Notes: a model not told the origin generated them from the sequence alone. A stretch of 64,000 nucleotides of DNA from Pelagomonas calceolata (GCA_918797485.1 CAKKNE010000001.1:4588001-4652000), one strand, 5' to 3'. Shown: positions 42,206-52,659, counted from the first letter of the stretch. A program made the numbers and translations.

Positions 42206-43523
42206 TAATAATTACTTGCCAGTATTGCCTCGTCGCGGCCGCCCTCACTGAAAAGCGAGGAGCCCTCACGCTATTCGCGCGGAGCGGTCCGGAGACCCCC
42301 GCTTCCGCAACGCCTACGTCCGCGTCGGGCTCGCCTACGGATGCGGTGGATCCCGCGCCGCGACGCCGCGCGTTCCCGCGTTGGCTCAAACCTCGGGCCG
42401 CAGTTTTTCGCGGCAAAGACGTCGAGAGAGGCGTCCCTAGGAGTGTCAATACGGATCCGGGGCTCGCGTCCGGTGCGCGTTTCGATGGGACTTCAATCGA
42501 GTAGAGCTTGGCTGCTCTCGGTGGCCACACAGTATTTGATCCGGTGAATCCAGCGCGTTTGCCGTGTTTGCGAGTACTCAGGGCGAGCTTGTTCGAATCG
42601 ATCTGAATGAAACGACGAAGGCCCGCATAGAGCCTTGCGCGCCGCACGACTCATTGCAACCTTCATGACAAGCAGGCTGCAACTAATGTCGTCGGCCTGC
42701 GGGCGGCGGGCCGCGAGGGCTCTGGCATTTGCTAATAGAGTGCGTCGCGACGCTCGCCGATAATTTCCGATCTACGATTGGTGCGCCGCCCGGCGTTGCG
42801 AGGCCGGCGGCGCTCCTGTTCCTGGACGCGTCGAGAAATTACGGCGGCTCGTTCTGTACTATCAACGAATTCATGGCCTGCCCTTTTGTTGAAGGACCAA
42901 ATGGCCTTTTCCACGCGTCTGCGTACGCAGTAGCGGCGCGGGTGGCCGACGCGACGGCCTTCGCGTGTAAGTGATATGTAACATAGAGTTCGATAGCTTA
43001 AAGTCTTAAAAATCCGCGAGCGGCCTCCTACGACGCCGCCGCGACCGCTGATGCGACCGCCCGCGCGGGCCGGCGGCGCTTCGCGGGCGGCGCCTCGGCC
43101 GGCGCATCGACGGCGCTGCGGCAGCAGCGCTGTGATGGCGTGCGCTTGCAGCAGAACATGATAAAGGTGGCCGGGCGTCCTCGCAACCCGCTGGGGCAGC
43201 CTTGGTAGTCAGACTGGGGCAGCCTCGCAGTCAGAGCACCCTTGCAAATCTGCGGTGTCAAGGTAAGATAAGGTACCTTACCCTACATATGAGTACCGCA
43301 GTACAGTACTTTTTGGCTGGGCGGTGATTTCGAGTTTTTCAGAGCTATTTGCAATGGGTGCCACCTCTGGCGCAGAGCCAAGCTATGGTTCGAACCTTGC
43401 GCGCCGCTCAAAACTGATTCTCGGTCTCTCGGCAGCCGTGCTGGGCCTCTTCCTCGTTGCACGCATCGTCGTCGAGGACATTTTACCGCGATTCGGCATC
43501 AGTGGCGGCTCGTCCACGCTGCG

Positions 43524-43991
43524 ATGGTGGTGATTCGAATGTTTCGCGCGGTGCCGAAGCGTTTCGGACCGCGCGCGGCGCCCGCGACCGCGGTGCCGAG
43601 GCGCTTCGGGCACGCGGCACATCCGTCGCGACGCCGCCCGTTCGCGTCCGAGCGGCTCACGGGCGTCATGGGGCTGCCCGTCGACGCGGCGCCGGCCGAC
43701 GTGAAGCGCAGATACCGCGCGCTGGCGCTGGAGACGCACCCCGACCGCCTCCCCAGCAGCGCGACGGCCGCCGACCGCGAACGCGCCAGGCAGCGCTTCG
43801 CCCGGCTCTCGGGCGAGTACGACGCGCGCCTGAAGGGCCGACCGCCGCGCGACCCCTACGAGGGCACGCTCGACCCCGTCTCCGAGGCGGACCAGCTGCG
43901 CGCGCTCGGCTTCATGGTGGTCGCGAAACTCGCGACGATCTTCGTACCCATTGCGGGGCTCGCGGCGGTCGTCGTGGCCCGCGCTAGCTAG
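43524..43991 (+). CDS. Small J-domain (DnaJ) protein with C-terminal TM, probably mitochondrial
   Basis: DVKRRYRALALETHPDR (HPD motif) followed by FARLSGEY. Confidence 0.85.
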   Translation: MVVIRMFRAVPKRFGPRAAPATAVPRRFGHAAHPSRRRPFASERLTGVMGLPVDAAPADVKRRYRALALETHPDRLPSSATAADRERARQRFARLSGEYDARLKGRPPRDPYEGTLDPVSEADQLRALGFMVVAKLATIFVPIAGLAAVVVARAS

Positions 43992-44340
43992 CGCCGAGGT
44001 GCTATTATTTGTTGTGTTGATAGATCGTGCGACGGCTAGCGGGCGGGGCCCTTCGTGGTGTGTTTTGCGCCGCTCGCCGCAACGCTCTTTTTTCGAACCG
44101 CCTAAAAAACGCTTCTCTCGGCCCCCGCGTTTCGATGAAGCCTTTTCAGTCGGAGCCGCTGGCGCTAGTAGGTATATCATCAAATCATCATCATGAACAT
44201 CATGCGCGCTACAAACAGCACGCGACCTAAGGGAAGGGGAAGCCCTCGCAACGCAGCCCGCACGGTCGCGAAGGTACCGTAGGTATCAAAACAAGCGCAG
44301 CGTCCTCCCTGAGGTCCTGGGCTTGCCCTCGCAACGCAGC

Positions 44341-46944
44341 ATGGGGGACGAGGATGCCGATGGCGGCTGCTGTACCATCAAGCGCGGCTCCGGGATCTGC
44401 ATCCTCGTGCTCTCCATCATCTCCTTCGTCGGCACCGTCATCTGCGCGCTCATCGCGTCCTTCACGCACATGCCCCTCTACGCGGCCTTCGGCTGGATCC
44501 ACTTCGTCCTCCTCATTTACCTCATCTCGGCCACCTCGGCCTACGTGTGCTGCCGCGCGTGCGGCAGCAAGGTCACGGGGGGGCTCGCCGTCGGCTACTG
44601 CGTCCTCGCCTTCGTGACCTTCATCGTCCTCGCGACGGGGCAGCAGTCCGCCATGGAGCACTATTGCGAAGGTACGGTGGAGTGCGCCTCCATCTCAGAC
44701 TGGGGCGATCATGATCCCGAGTGCGGGCACAAGACGTCGTCCTTCTCGCTGTGCTGGTTGCCGGAGACGGACGACCGCCGCCGCCGTCTCGCCGCAGCGC
44801 CAGCGTACGCTGAACCGGAAGAAGCTTCTGAGAAGAAAAAGGAGAAGACGAAGAAGAAAGATAGAAAGAAAGACCACACCATTACCAAGAGTTCCAAGAT
44901 CAAGACCAATGAGTCTCCGAGCTCGTCAGTCCAAAGCCTTGAGCAGCGGCGCGTGCTCGTCACGTCGTGCCCCATAACGAGGGATTTCTGCACGAACGAC
45001 GCCTCGCTCCCGGACAACTGCAATTGTGGGGATTGTGGCTACCCGGCGTGCGGCGATTGCGACTGCGATTACTACGGCGACGGACAGTGCTGCACGGGCA
45101 GCTGCACGAGCTGGTTATCGGCGCACGAGCGCTGCCACGACGCGCATGCCACGGGAGACGACGTGAGCTGCTGCGTCGGGGGCGACATCCGGGCGACGTG
45201 TCAGTGCGCCGCGCACTACGAGTGGTGGGACGACCGCCGGCTCTCCGCCGTCGACGAGCCGCGGCGTCTGGGTCACTGCTGCGACTACGGCGCGTACTGC
45301 TCTTGCATGGAGTCGGAGCTCGGCGCCGGCTGCACTGCGCCCGACTGCGGCGGCGACGACTGGGACGAGGACGACGAGGAATGCGACATCGAGACGTTCA
45401 GCGACCTCAATTCCTCTCCAGTCGGCACGACGAACCACGGCGCCGGAGACGGGTGGTGCTACAGCGACCTGGACGAATTCGTGGGCTGCGCGGCGTCGCC
45501 GGGCGACTGCTGGGCGATGTGCCTAGGCTACTACGGCGACGGCCTGGTGGCCATCGACTGGTGGTCGGATGAGGGCGGCCAGTGCTACTGCCAACACGAG
45601 TGCGAGTGCATGGAAGACGTCGGCGCCGGCGCAGGCTACACTGTCACGCGCGACTCGAGGGTCGGCGCGCTGCCGCACGAGTGTGGCCCCGACGAGGGCG
45701 ATGGCGGCGACTGGGACGAGGACGACGACGAGGACTGGATGTGGGAGAACGGCTGCCGCCCGGACTACTGCACCTCCTGGGCCAATGACTGCTGCGCCTC
45801 GATGGATTGGGGCGAACCGGCGACATGCGCGAACAGCTACACTCCGATGCCGTCAAACCCGTCCGAGGACGCCTGTGAATACACGTGCTGCCCCGCGTCT
45901 GTCACCGTGTCTGGCAGCGTGACCCTCTACGAGGACAAGAGCCGCGGCGCGGGATGCGACGCGCTCAGTTATATCAACAACGTCGTGGACGCGGACTCCG
46001 CTGACCACTGCTGCCAGGATGAGGACTATTGTTGCGATTACGGGTCATGCGCCTCTGATTCCGACTATTGTGGCCACCGGTTTCACTGCCCGGAATTCCG
46101 CGTTACCGGCGACCTCACCTTCGAAGGCATCACGTACGAAGCGGCGCAGGACAACACCGAAGTCTTCGTCGCCGCCGTCGCCGATCTCTGCGGCGTGGCC
46201 GCGTCCGCCGTGACCGTGGAAATATGGAGGGCCCGCCGCCGTCGCCTCGCGGAGGGAATCTTGGTGACGTACACCGTGTCCGTCGCGACCGCGAACGAGG
46301 CTCAAACGGTCACGAGCGTGATTTCGAGCAGCTCGACAGCAGACGTCGACGCCGCAATCAGCAAAGCCGCGACGGACGCGGGCGTCGACGACGATTTCGA
46401 CGTCGTTACGACGACCAACGTGGGTACGCCCACGACCCTGAGGTCGGACGGTACGCACGTTGACCCGACGTGGTACTACTCGAAGTGGCCCGACGACTGC
46501 CAGCACGGCGGTGGAGGCGACGACGTCTGCCGCGCGTTCAGGACACAAGACGACTGCATCAACTATTGCTATCAGGACGACGACGACGAGCAGTGCGAGG
46601 ACGTGGACGACCCGGAAGACTGCAATTGGTCGATCGTTACGCACGTCAACGCGGTGGCCGGCTGGTCGACGTTTTTTGCAGGGCTGGTGCTCTTTCCGAC
46701 TCTCGTGTGGGTCGTGCTCCTCTTCTTGGTCCCGGACCCGCAAGCTGCTGCGCCCGTGACCGCGGCGGTGGAGTTGCCACGCATGCAACCCCAAGTGATG
46801 ATGGTATCGCCCGTATCGCCGGGGGGCGGGCAACCTCAGGTGATCATGGGCCAGCCCCAGATTGTCCAGGCGGGGCAAGCTCCGGTGATCATGGGCCAGC
46901 CCCAGGTTGTCCAGGGTGCCCCGTCGAAGCTCGCCGAGTTCTAG
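44341..46944 (+). CDS. Multi-pass membrane protein with a large Cys/Asp-rich extracellular region
   Basis: Three N-terminal hydrophobic helices, many Cys clusters, an RRRL-containing SEA-like segment, a C-terminal TM and a Q/P-rich tail. Confidence 0.75.
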   Translation: MGDEDADGGCCTIKRGSGICILVLSIISFVGTVICALIASFTHMPLYAAFGWIHFVLLIYLISATSAYVCCRACGSKVTGGLAVGYCVLAFVTFIVLATGQQSAMEHYCEGTVECASISDWGDHDPECGHKTSSFSLCWLPETDDRRRRLAAAPAYAEPEEASEKKKEKTKKKDRKKDHTITKSSKIKTNESPSSSVQSLEQRRVLVTSCPITRDFCTNDASLPDNCNCGDCGYPACGDCDCDYYGDGQCCTGSCTSWLSAHERCHDAHATGDDVSCCVGGDIRATCQCAAHYEWWDDRRLSAVDEPRRLGHCCDYGAYCSCMESELGAGCTAPDCGGDDWDEDDEECDIETFSDLNSSPVGTTNHGAGDGWCYSDLDEFVGCAASPGDCWAMCLGYYGDGLVAIDWWSDEGGQCYCQHECECMEDVGAGAGYTVTRDSRVGALPHECGPDEGDGGDWDEDDDEDWMWENGCRPDYCTSWANDCCASMDWGEPATCANSYTPMPSNPSEDACEYTCCPASVTVSGSVTLYEDKSRGAGCDALSYINNVVDADSADHCCQDEDYCCDYGSCASDSDYCGHRFHCPEFRVTGDLTFEGITYEAAQDNTEVFVAAVADLCGVAASAVTVEIWRARRRRLAEGILVTYTVSVATANEAQTVTSVISSSSTADVDAAISKAATDAGVDDDFDVVTTTNVGTPTTLRSDGTHVDPTWYYSKWPDDCQHGGGGDDVCRAFRTQDDCINYCYQDDDDEQCEDVDDPEDCNWSIVTHVNAVAGWSTFFAGLVLFPTLVWVVLLFLVPDPQAAAPVTAAVELPRMQPQVMMVSPVSPGGGQPQVIMGQPQIVQAGQAPVIMGQPQVVQGAPSKLAEF

Positions 46945-47430
46945 GCCACCGTCCTCGAGTTGAGATTCCTCAGAGCCCCGGCTTCTACCCGATCCGGCTC
47001 CCTCTCTCCCTCCCCCTTGCCACATGTCCAGACCGCCATCCACGTGGAGCATACTATTCACGTCAAAGGTCTAAGTACCTAAATTGCAGACTTGGAGTTT
47101 AGACGGGTGGAAAGGGCTAGTTCCGACGAGCGGCGCAAAACTCACTAGGGCCTGTGCCCTGTACCGCTAACAGTACGGGCACGGGGAAGACACCGCGCGT
47201 CGCCGATCCATTGGCCGGGCGGGCTTCGCCTCTTCGTAACAAACTTCGTAACATATATATAAGTATACATATATGTACCGTCAGGGGACTACAAAAACGG
47301 GGTATGCCTTTTACCCGGGCCCGTTAGGTGCGGCGCAAACCTTGATGACACCGCACGAGTGCCTAGTTTACGCGTGTCGGCTCTCCATGTACATATAGAT
47401 GATTTGTTGACTAGGAGATATTGACACAAA

Positions 47431-49662
47431 ATGCGCCGCCTCGTCGCGCTACTCGCCACGACCGCGCGCGCCCAGACGCCGCGCCGCGTGCACGGCTTCG
47501 ACGTCCGGACGAAGGCGGGCCACGCCTTCAAGTGCCTCGACGCGTTTATCGCGCCGGCGCCGTGGAACGCGAGCGCGCCCGCGCTGATCGGCATATGCCA
47601 TCCCGGCCACCGCCAGCTGACCTGGGCCGGGGGCCGCTGCGGCTTTCGTTACGCGTCCACAGAAATGGATGCGCGCGTCGCGAGGGAGGCGGGCCACGAG
47701 GTCTTCGCCTGCGCCGTGCCGCCCACCGAGCAGCTCGACGGCAAGTTTTTGGGCGCGCGCCTCACGGACGGCGATCATAATAAAGCGATAAGCGTGACGG
47801 CGTCGACGTGGCCCTGGCGCCAGCGCTCTAAGAAATACGGCGTGGCGGTGACGTTCATGGGCAAGGACGTCGCCTGCGGCCTTAATAAAGGATTCGAGGC
47901 GCACTGCTTCCGGGACTGGCTCGAGTGGCACCGCCTGCTCGGCGCGGACCACTTTCTGGCGTACGACAACGGGTCGCGCGGGGACCACGCGTGGCTCCGG
48001 GTCGCGCGGCACTACGCGCGGCGCGGGCTGCTCACGCTCGTCGACTGGCCCTACCAGCTCGGCGGCGAGGGCACGACGGGCAACAACGTCGCGCAGCGCG
48101 CGCAGCTCTCGCACGCGGCCTTCGCGTTCTCGCCGCGCGTGGCCTGGCTCGGGACCTTTGACGTCGACGAGTTCTTCGCGCAAGCCGGTGTGGAAACCAT
48201 GGATCGATCTGAGGCGGTCGCGCAGGTCCCGGTGCCGCTCGGCAAAGCACCACAACTCAACGCGTCGATCAAAAAGCTCCTCGACGGCGTCGACGCGCCG
48301 GCGTTCCCCGACGAGGCGTATTCCGTCGTCGCCCCGATGCGCGACGCCCAGGCGCCGGACACGTGTCTTACATCAAACGGCGCGACGACGCGCCTCGCGG
48401 CCTGCTTTTACCTGTGTTGAAATCAAAATTTTACGGCGCGTTCAAGAATTGTCGTGCACCCGACGCACTGGTTGGTTTCCACACAGGCTCGTACTACCAC
48501 GCGACGGACGAGCGGGGCCACCCCAAGGCCTTTCGCCGCGGCGGCCGCGCGCACCCCATCTTCAGCCCCCACCGCGCCAAGGTCCTGCACGGGCCGGCGC
48601 GGGGCGCGACCCTCTGTGTGGAAATCAACCAGTCCGTCGGGTGCACGACAATTCTTCACTAAGTCATTTCTCGGCGATGACGCGGCCGTCCTGGCTCCGT
48701 CGAGCGGTGAGGAACCGGCATCGCCACGCCATCGAGCAGGCGTCGCGTCGATGGCGTGGAGGTCGACACGGTGATTCAGACGAACGCACCGTAAAATTTT
48801 GATTTCCACACAGGCGACCCTGGACGACGCGGCACACTTCGTGCACTACACGGGCCGCTACGGCTGCGGCGCGGCCGAATCCGCGGGCTGCGTCTTGTAC
48901 GAGGCGCTCCGGGCGTCGCCGGCCGTCGCGCGGCTCGAAGCGGTACTAGCGACGCTCCCGCCGCTCCCGATCCCGGCCCAGGCGCCCGTGTCGCCGGTGA
49001 CGCCACGGCCGACGCTCGCGAAGAATTCGGGCCCCTGGGCGCCGGACGAGGTAAAACGCTTCGACGCCGCGTTCAAGCGCTTCTATAACGACGGCCTCCC
49101 CGATTGGTCGGGCCGCGCTGCGGCCTACGTGGGGACGCGGGACAAGTACCAGGTCCAGACGTTCAAGCGCGCCCGCGTAAAACAAAAAGACCCTTACTAC
49201 ACTAGTACCCGACCCACGCGTGGTCGCAGCCGAGGTCGCGGAGCTCGACGGCGTCGAGCCACGCGCACTGGCAGCAGTAGGCCGCGTGGCCGTCGGCGGC
49301 CTCGGCCTCCTCCAGCAATCGCGCTGGATCGGGGTGGTAGTTCCGGAAGTGCAGGTACGCGGCGGTCGGCCGCCACCGGTAGCCCGGGAAGCGCGACACG
49401 TCGTGCGCGCACTTCGTGCAGCGCAGCCGCGCGGACACGACGCCGCGCATCTTCGACGGCGCGGCGCCGGCCGCGAAGCGCGCGCCGCCGACGAGCGCCG
49501 TCTTCCGCCTGCCCGGCTGCGGCGGCGGCGGCGCCCGGTCCTGGGCGAGGCGCGCGAAGAGCGACGACGCGCCGCCGCTCTTCTTTGATGGCGGGACCTT
49601 CGGCGGCGGCGGGTCGTCGCGGACCTTCGGCGACGGGCGGGGCGCCGCGTCCGCGCGCATGA
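47431..49662 (+). CDS. GT92/DUF23-like glycosyltransferase with a C-terminal Myb/SANT-like segment (introns 48404-48486 and 48606-48813; 3' end uncertain)
   Basis: DWLEWHRLLGADHFLAYDNGS and WLGTFDVDEF (DxD) motifs. Removing two introners restores the frame (AAC|SYYH...HPK; RG|ATLDDAAHFVHY). Confidence 0.75.
48412..48486. mobile_element. Introner element copy 3 (75 bp, internally deleted, opposite genomic orientation)
   Basis: CTGTGTTGAAATC...GGTTTCCACACAG. Degenerate TSD GCTTTTAC/GCTCGTAC (6 of 8 match). Confidence 0.85.
48614..48813. mobile_element. Introner element copy 4 (200 bp)
   Basis: TIR CTGTGTGGAAATC...GATTTCCACACAG. Perfect TSD GCGACCCT at 48606-48613 and 48814-48821. Confidence 0.93.
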
Positions 49663-50152
49663 CCTTCGGTGACGGGAGGAGCGCCGCCGCGCGCGTGACC
49701 GACGGCAGCGCGAGCGCCGGCGCGCGCACGGGCGACGGCGTCGCGGGCAGGCCGCCCGCGAAGGTCTGCTGCATCGGCACGCCGAAGGCGTCGAAGGCCG
49801 GCACGTAGGACTCGATGGACGCCTCCGCCGGCGAGCCGCCCCGCAGCACGCCCGGCGAGGCCGCCGCGGGCGTCAACGCGCAGGCGTCGAAGGACGCGGG
49901 CCGCCGCGCCGCGCTCTTCGAGGGCGCCGCCGCGGCGGGCTTCTGCGGCGTCCGCGCGGCGGGGCTGCACGTCCGCGGCGTCGCGATGCGCAGCGCGCGC
50001 GTCGGGCTCGCCACGGGGCTGTTCGACGCGTCGCGGAGCGGCGCCTCGCGCGGCACGAAGCGGCTCCGGCGCACGGCCAGGTACGTCCGGAAGTTGTCGG
50101 GCCGCGGCGCCGTCGGCGTCTTGGGCTGCTTGTCGTCGGTGAAGCGCGCCAT
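49202..50152 (-). CDS. CFAP418/C8orf37-like ciliary protein
   Basis: C-terminal LRCTKC...W....AYLHFRNYHPD...AYCCQCAW matches the family signature. Confidence 0.75.
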   Translation of the reverse strand: MARFTDDKQPKTPTAPRPDNFRTYLAVRRSRFVPREAPLRDASNSPVASPTRALRIATPRTCSPAARTPQKPAAAAPSKSAARRPASFDACALTPAAASPGVLRGGSPAEASIESYVPAFDAFGVPMQQTFAGGLPATPSPVRAPALALPSVTRAAALLPSPKVMRADAAPRPSPKVRDDPPPPKVPPSKKSGGASSLFARLAQDRAPPPPQPGRRKTALVGGARFAAGAAPSKMRGVVSARLRCTKCAHDVSRFPGYRWRPTAAYLHFRNYHPDPARLLEEAEAADGHAAYCCQCAWLDAVELRDLGCDHAWVGY

Positions 50153-50534
50153 GGCGGGGCAGCCCGCTATCGCACGCGCGGCGGTTTTACGCGGGAGTGC
50201 CGGGCTGCGCGAGGTAAGGGGGGCGCAGAGAAGACGTCCACGCCGTTACGGGTGGTGCTGCGCGGCGCCGGTCGCGTTCCCAGAGGCCAACAATTATGCG
50301 CTGCACGCTCGACGGCGCGCTGAAGATTCCCGGCCGACGGCCGCCGAGGCCTCCCGGGGCCGCCCCGAGGCCTCGTCTGGCCTCCGAGCATTCCTCTCGC
50401 ACCGCGTGGTGCTCGGCTAGTAGGTCCCTTAGCGCCGAGGCGCTCTGCAACGCAGCGCCCCACTCGACTGTCGCGACCGCGCGGCAGCCCAACGCACAAA
50501 ACTGGCGGTCTCCCAGGCACCCGCGGCGGCGGCC

Positions 50535-51722
50535 ATGGCGCCGCCTGAGCCGCGCAGCGTCGTCGCGTGGCTGGATACCGTGAAGAGAGGCTACGGCAAG
50601 CGCTACAGCAAGTACTTCGACGAGCTGGGCGTCGAGGACGAGGAAGATGTCAGGCGCATGCGGCCGGCGCGCGTTGATGAGTTAAGGGAGATCCTCGCGA
50701 AGGCGAACGTGAAGCCCGTGCAACTCGATTATCTCGCGGACGCCATCGACGCGTGCCGCGAGAATAGGAGGTTGGTCGGGCGGCCTCCGAACTCACCGGA
50801 AGTGCTCCAGCGGCCGCGGACGGCGCCCACCAAGAAGGCGCCCGAGGCGTCGCCTCATTTATTCCGGCCCGACACGTCGGCGGAACGCGCATTGAGGAAC
50901 CGACGGCCCCAGACCGCTCAACCCAAGAAGAAGGATTATGGAATTGAGGACCGGCAACTCGTGAGCAGTCGACCCGGGTCGGCACCCGCCCAGTCCCAGT
51001 CCCACAGCACCGCGCGCGCGCTCATCATGCCGCAGCCTCCAAGTTATTGGGCGGAACCTTCTGATTTGCCTTCGAATATCGTTTCACGAAGAAGGCGGCG
51101 GCCGAAAAGTAGTTCAGGAGGCACCAAAGCAGTCAATTGGACGCAGCGCGAGGCGCCGGGCTACGAGTCTCTCAAAAGGCGCCAGCAGACCGAGGAGCTC
51201 GGGCGTAGAAGACGTTTAGCGTGTCTGGGTAGCTGGGAAAATGATCCCGACCCGCGCGCGCCCTCGGACGAAAAAACGTGTAGAGTCAAAAGGGATCCGG
51301 AAAGCGGCATCTGGCAGCTGGCCATCGACCCGAAGCGCCAGGAGATCTACGAGCGGATCAAGAAACCGGTCCGGTTGGACGGCGACCATCGCGCCGCGAT
51401 CCAGAATCGGGAGAAGTTCCGGCAAGAACAGGCCCAGAAGTATAAACATAGGGTCAAAGTGCAAAAGGACCAGTCGGGTCTCTGGGCCATGGACCTCACG
51501 AAGGACGGCGAGGTGAACGAGGGTCGGCAGGAGACGTGGCAGCGCGTCGCGCAGCCCTTCCGCATCCGCGGGACGCACGTCCACGCCATCGCCACCGCCA
51601 AAGCCGAGGAGAAGGCGCGGCGCGAGAACGCGAAGAAGTTCTACTACGACTCCGCCGAGGGCCGGGAGTGGTGCGACCGCGTGTCCCAGCCGCTCCGCGC
51701 CGCGGCTAAGTTCAAAGGGTGA
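50535..51722 (+). CDS. Hypothetical protein with an N-terminal SAM-like domain
   Basis: VVAWLDTV...YSKYFDELGVEDEEDV is SAM-like. Internal repeat VKRDPESGIW / VQKDQSGLW. Confidence 0.65.
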   Translation: MAPPEPRSVVAWLDTVKRGYGKRYSKYFDELGVEDEEDVRRMRPARVDELREILAKANVKPVQLDYLADAIDACRENRRLVGRPPNSPEVLQRPRTAPTKKAPEASPHLFRPDTSAERALRNRRPQTAQPKKKDYGIEDRQLVSSRPGSAPAQSQSHSTARALIMPQPPSYWAEPSDLPSNIVSRRRRRPKSSSGGTKAVNWTQREAPGYESLKRRQQTEELGRRRRLACLGSWENDPDPRAPSDEKTCRVKRDPESGIWQLAIDPKRQEIYERIKKPVRLDGDHRAAIQNREKFRQEQAQKYKHRVKVQKDQSGLWAMDLTKDGEVNEGRQETWQRVAQPFRIRGTHVHAIATAKAEEKARRENAKKFYYDSAEGREWCDRVSQPLRAAAKFKG

Positions 51723-51725
51723 TTC

Positions 51726-52292
51726 TTACTCTTCTTTTGGCTTCTTCTTGAACATATCCATCAACTTGCCCATGACGTCGGCGTCGGGGTCCTCGTAGCC
51801 CTGGTCCACGTAGGGCAGCCGCAGGTCGAAGCGCTCGCCGTTGTCGTATTCTCCGCCGACTCCCGCCTCGCCGCCCAGACCGAAGGACGGCAGAGGGATC
51901 GGCAGGCCCCCTTCCCGCTTCTTGCCGTCCGTGCCGAGGCCCGTCTTCAGGTCGCCAATCTCCCCGCTGTCTCGCAGCTTCTTCCAGCCTATCAACGAGT
52001 CCTGCGTCGGGTCGCGCTGGAACGCCCACTTCGTTACTTGCTCCTGTGTCGCCTTTTGCCGGTTGGCGTCGACGCTGTCGAAGTATTTGTTCGTGGCCTC
52101 CTTGGACTGGCGCCGCTTGAGCACGTCCTGCTGGATGCGCCACTGCTCGTCTTTCGCAGCGTTCTTCGCCGGATCGTCGCTGCCGAAGAGGTCCTCGAAG
52201 AAGCCGTGGCGGCGCGTTTGGACGGCGCGGCGCGGGGCGGCGGGCTGGAGGGCTGCGGCCGCCGCGACGACGAGGGCTGCGGTTGCCTTCAT
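51726..52292 (-). CDS. Probable plastid-targeted hypothetical protein
   Basis: Signal plus transit peptide (MKATAALVVAAAAALQP...); GC3-biased ORF. Confidence 0.7.
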   Translation of the reverse strand: MKATAALVVAAAAALQPAAPRRAVQTRRHGFFEDLFGSDDPAKNAAKDEQWRIQQDVLKRRQSKEATNKYFDSVDANRQKATQEQVTKWAFQRDPTQDSLIGWKKLRDSGEIGDLKTGLGTDGKKREGGLPIPLPSFGLGGEAGVGGEYDNGERFDLRLPYVDQGYEDPDADVMGKLMDMFKKKPKEE

Positions 52293-52659
52293 TTCACACC
52301 TCGGCTCGATTGATGTCGAGCTCTCACTGCTGCTCAGCACCGGGAGAGCACTCAATTGCCGATTGAGAGAGCACTTGTCTCAGGGTCTGGTGATGCGCAG
52401 CACGGAAGGCGAGTTAAGGATCGATGCGGGAGGCTCAGAAATCGGTCCTTTTGCACGTATTTGCGCAGGATCGGCCGCCGATGCGAAAAGCCAGCTAGCG
52501 GTCTGTAACACACTAGAAAGGCATGAAAAAACGCGCCTGGCAGCCGTCACGTGGCACCACGCCCTCGCCGACCCGACGTGACAACTTCCTGAACCCACCT
52601 GCGAGCCCCACGACCGCCGTTGCGACGAATAGGCCCGCGAGCCACGCGCACGAAAAAAA

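Noticed and set aside
47143..47190. Hairpin CTGTGCCCTGTAC...GTACGGGCACGG next to CTAG, resembling a Helitron 3' end
   Set aside because: The spacing to CTAG is atypical, and there is no second copy or Rep/helicase gene in the window.
21261..48813. Dispersed repeats considered as CRISPR or prokaryotic REP/IS elements
   Set aside because: There is no repeat-spacer array or cas gene, the context is eukaryotic, and TSDs plus splice sites explain them as introners.
15108..51722. Other TGA-terminated ORFs (e.g. ends at 15108, 26707, 28754, 51722) as further Sec readthrough cases
   Set aside because: None has the TGA in a redox-Cys motif or a recognisable domain continuing in frame.
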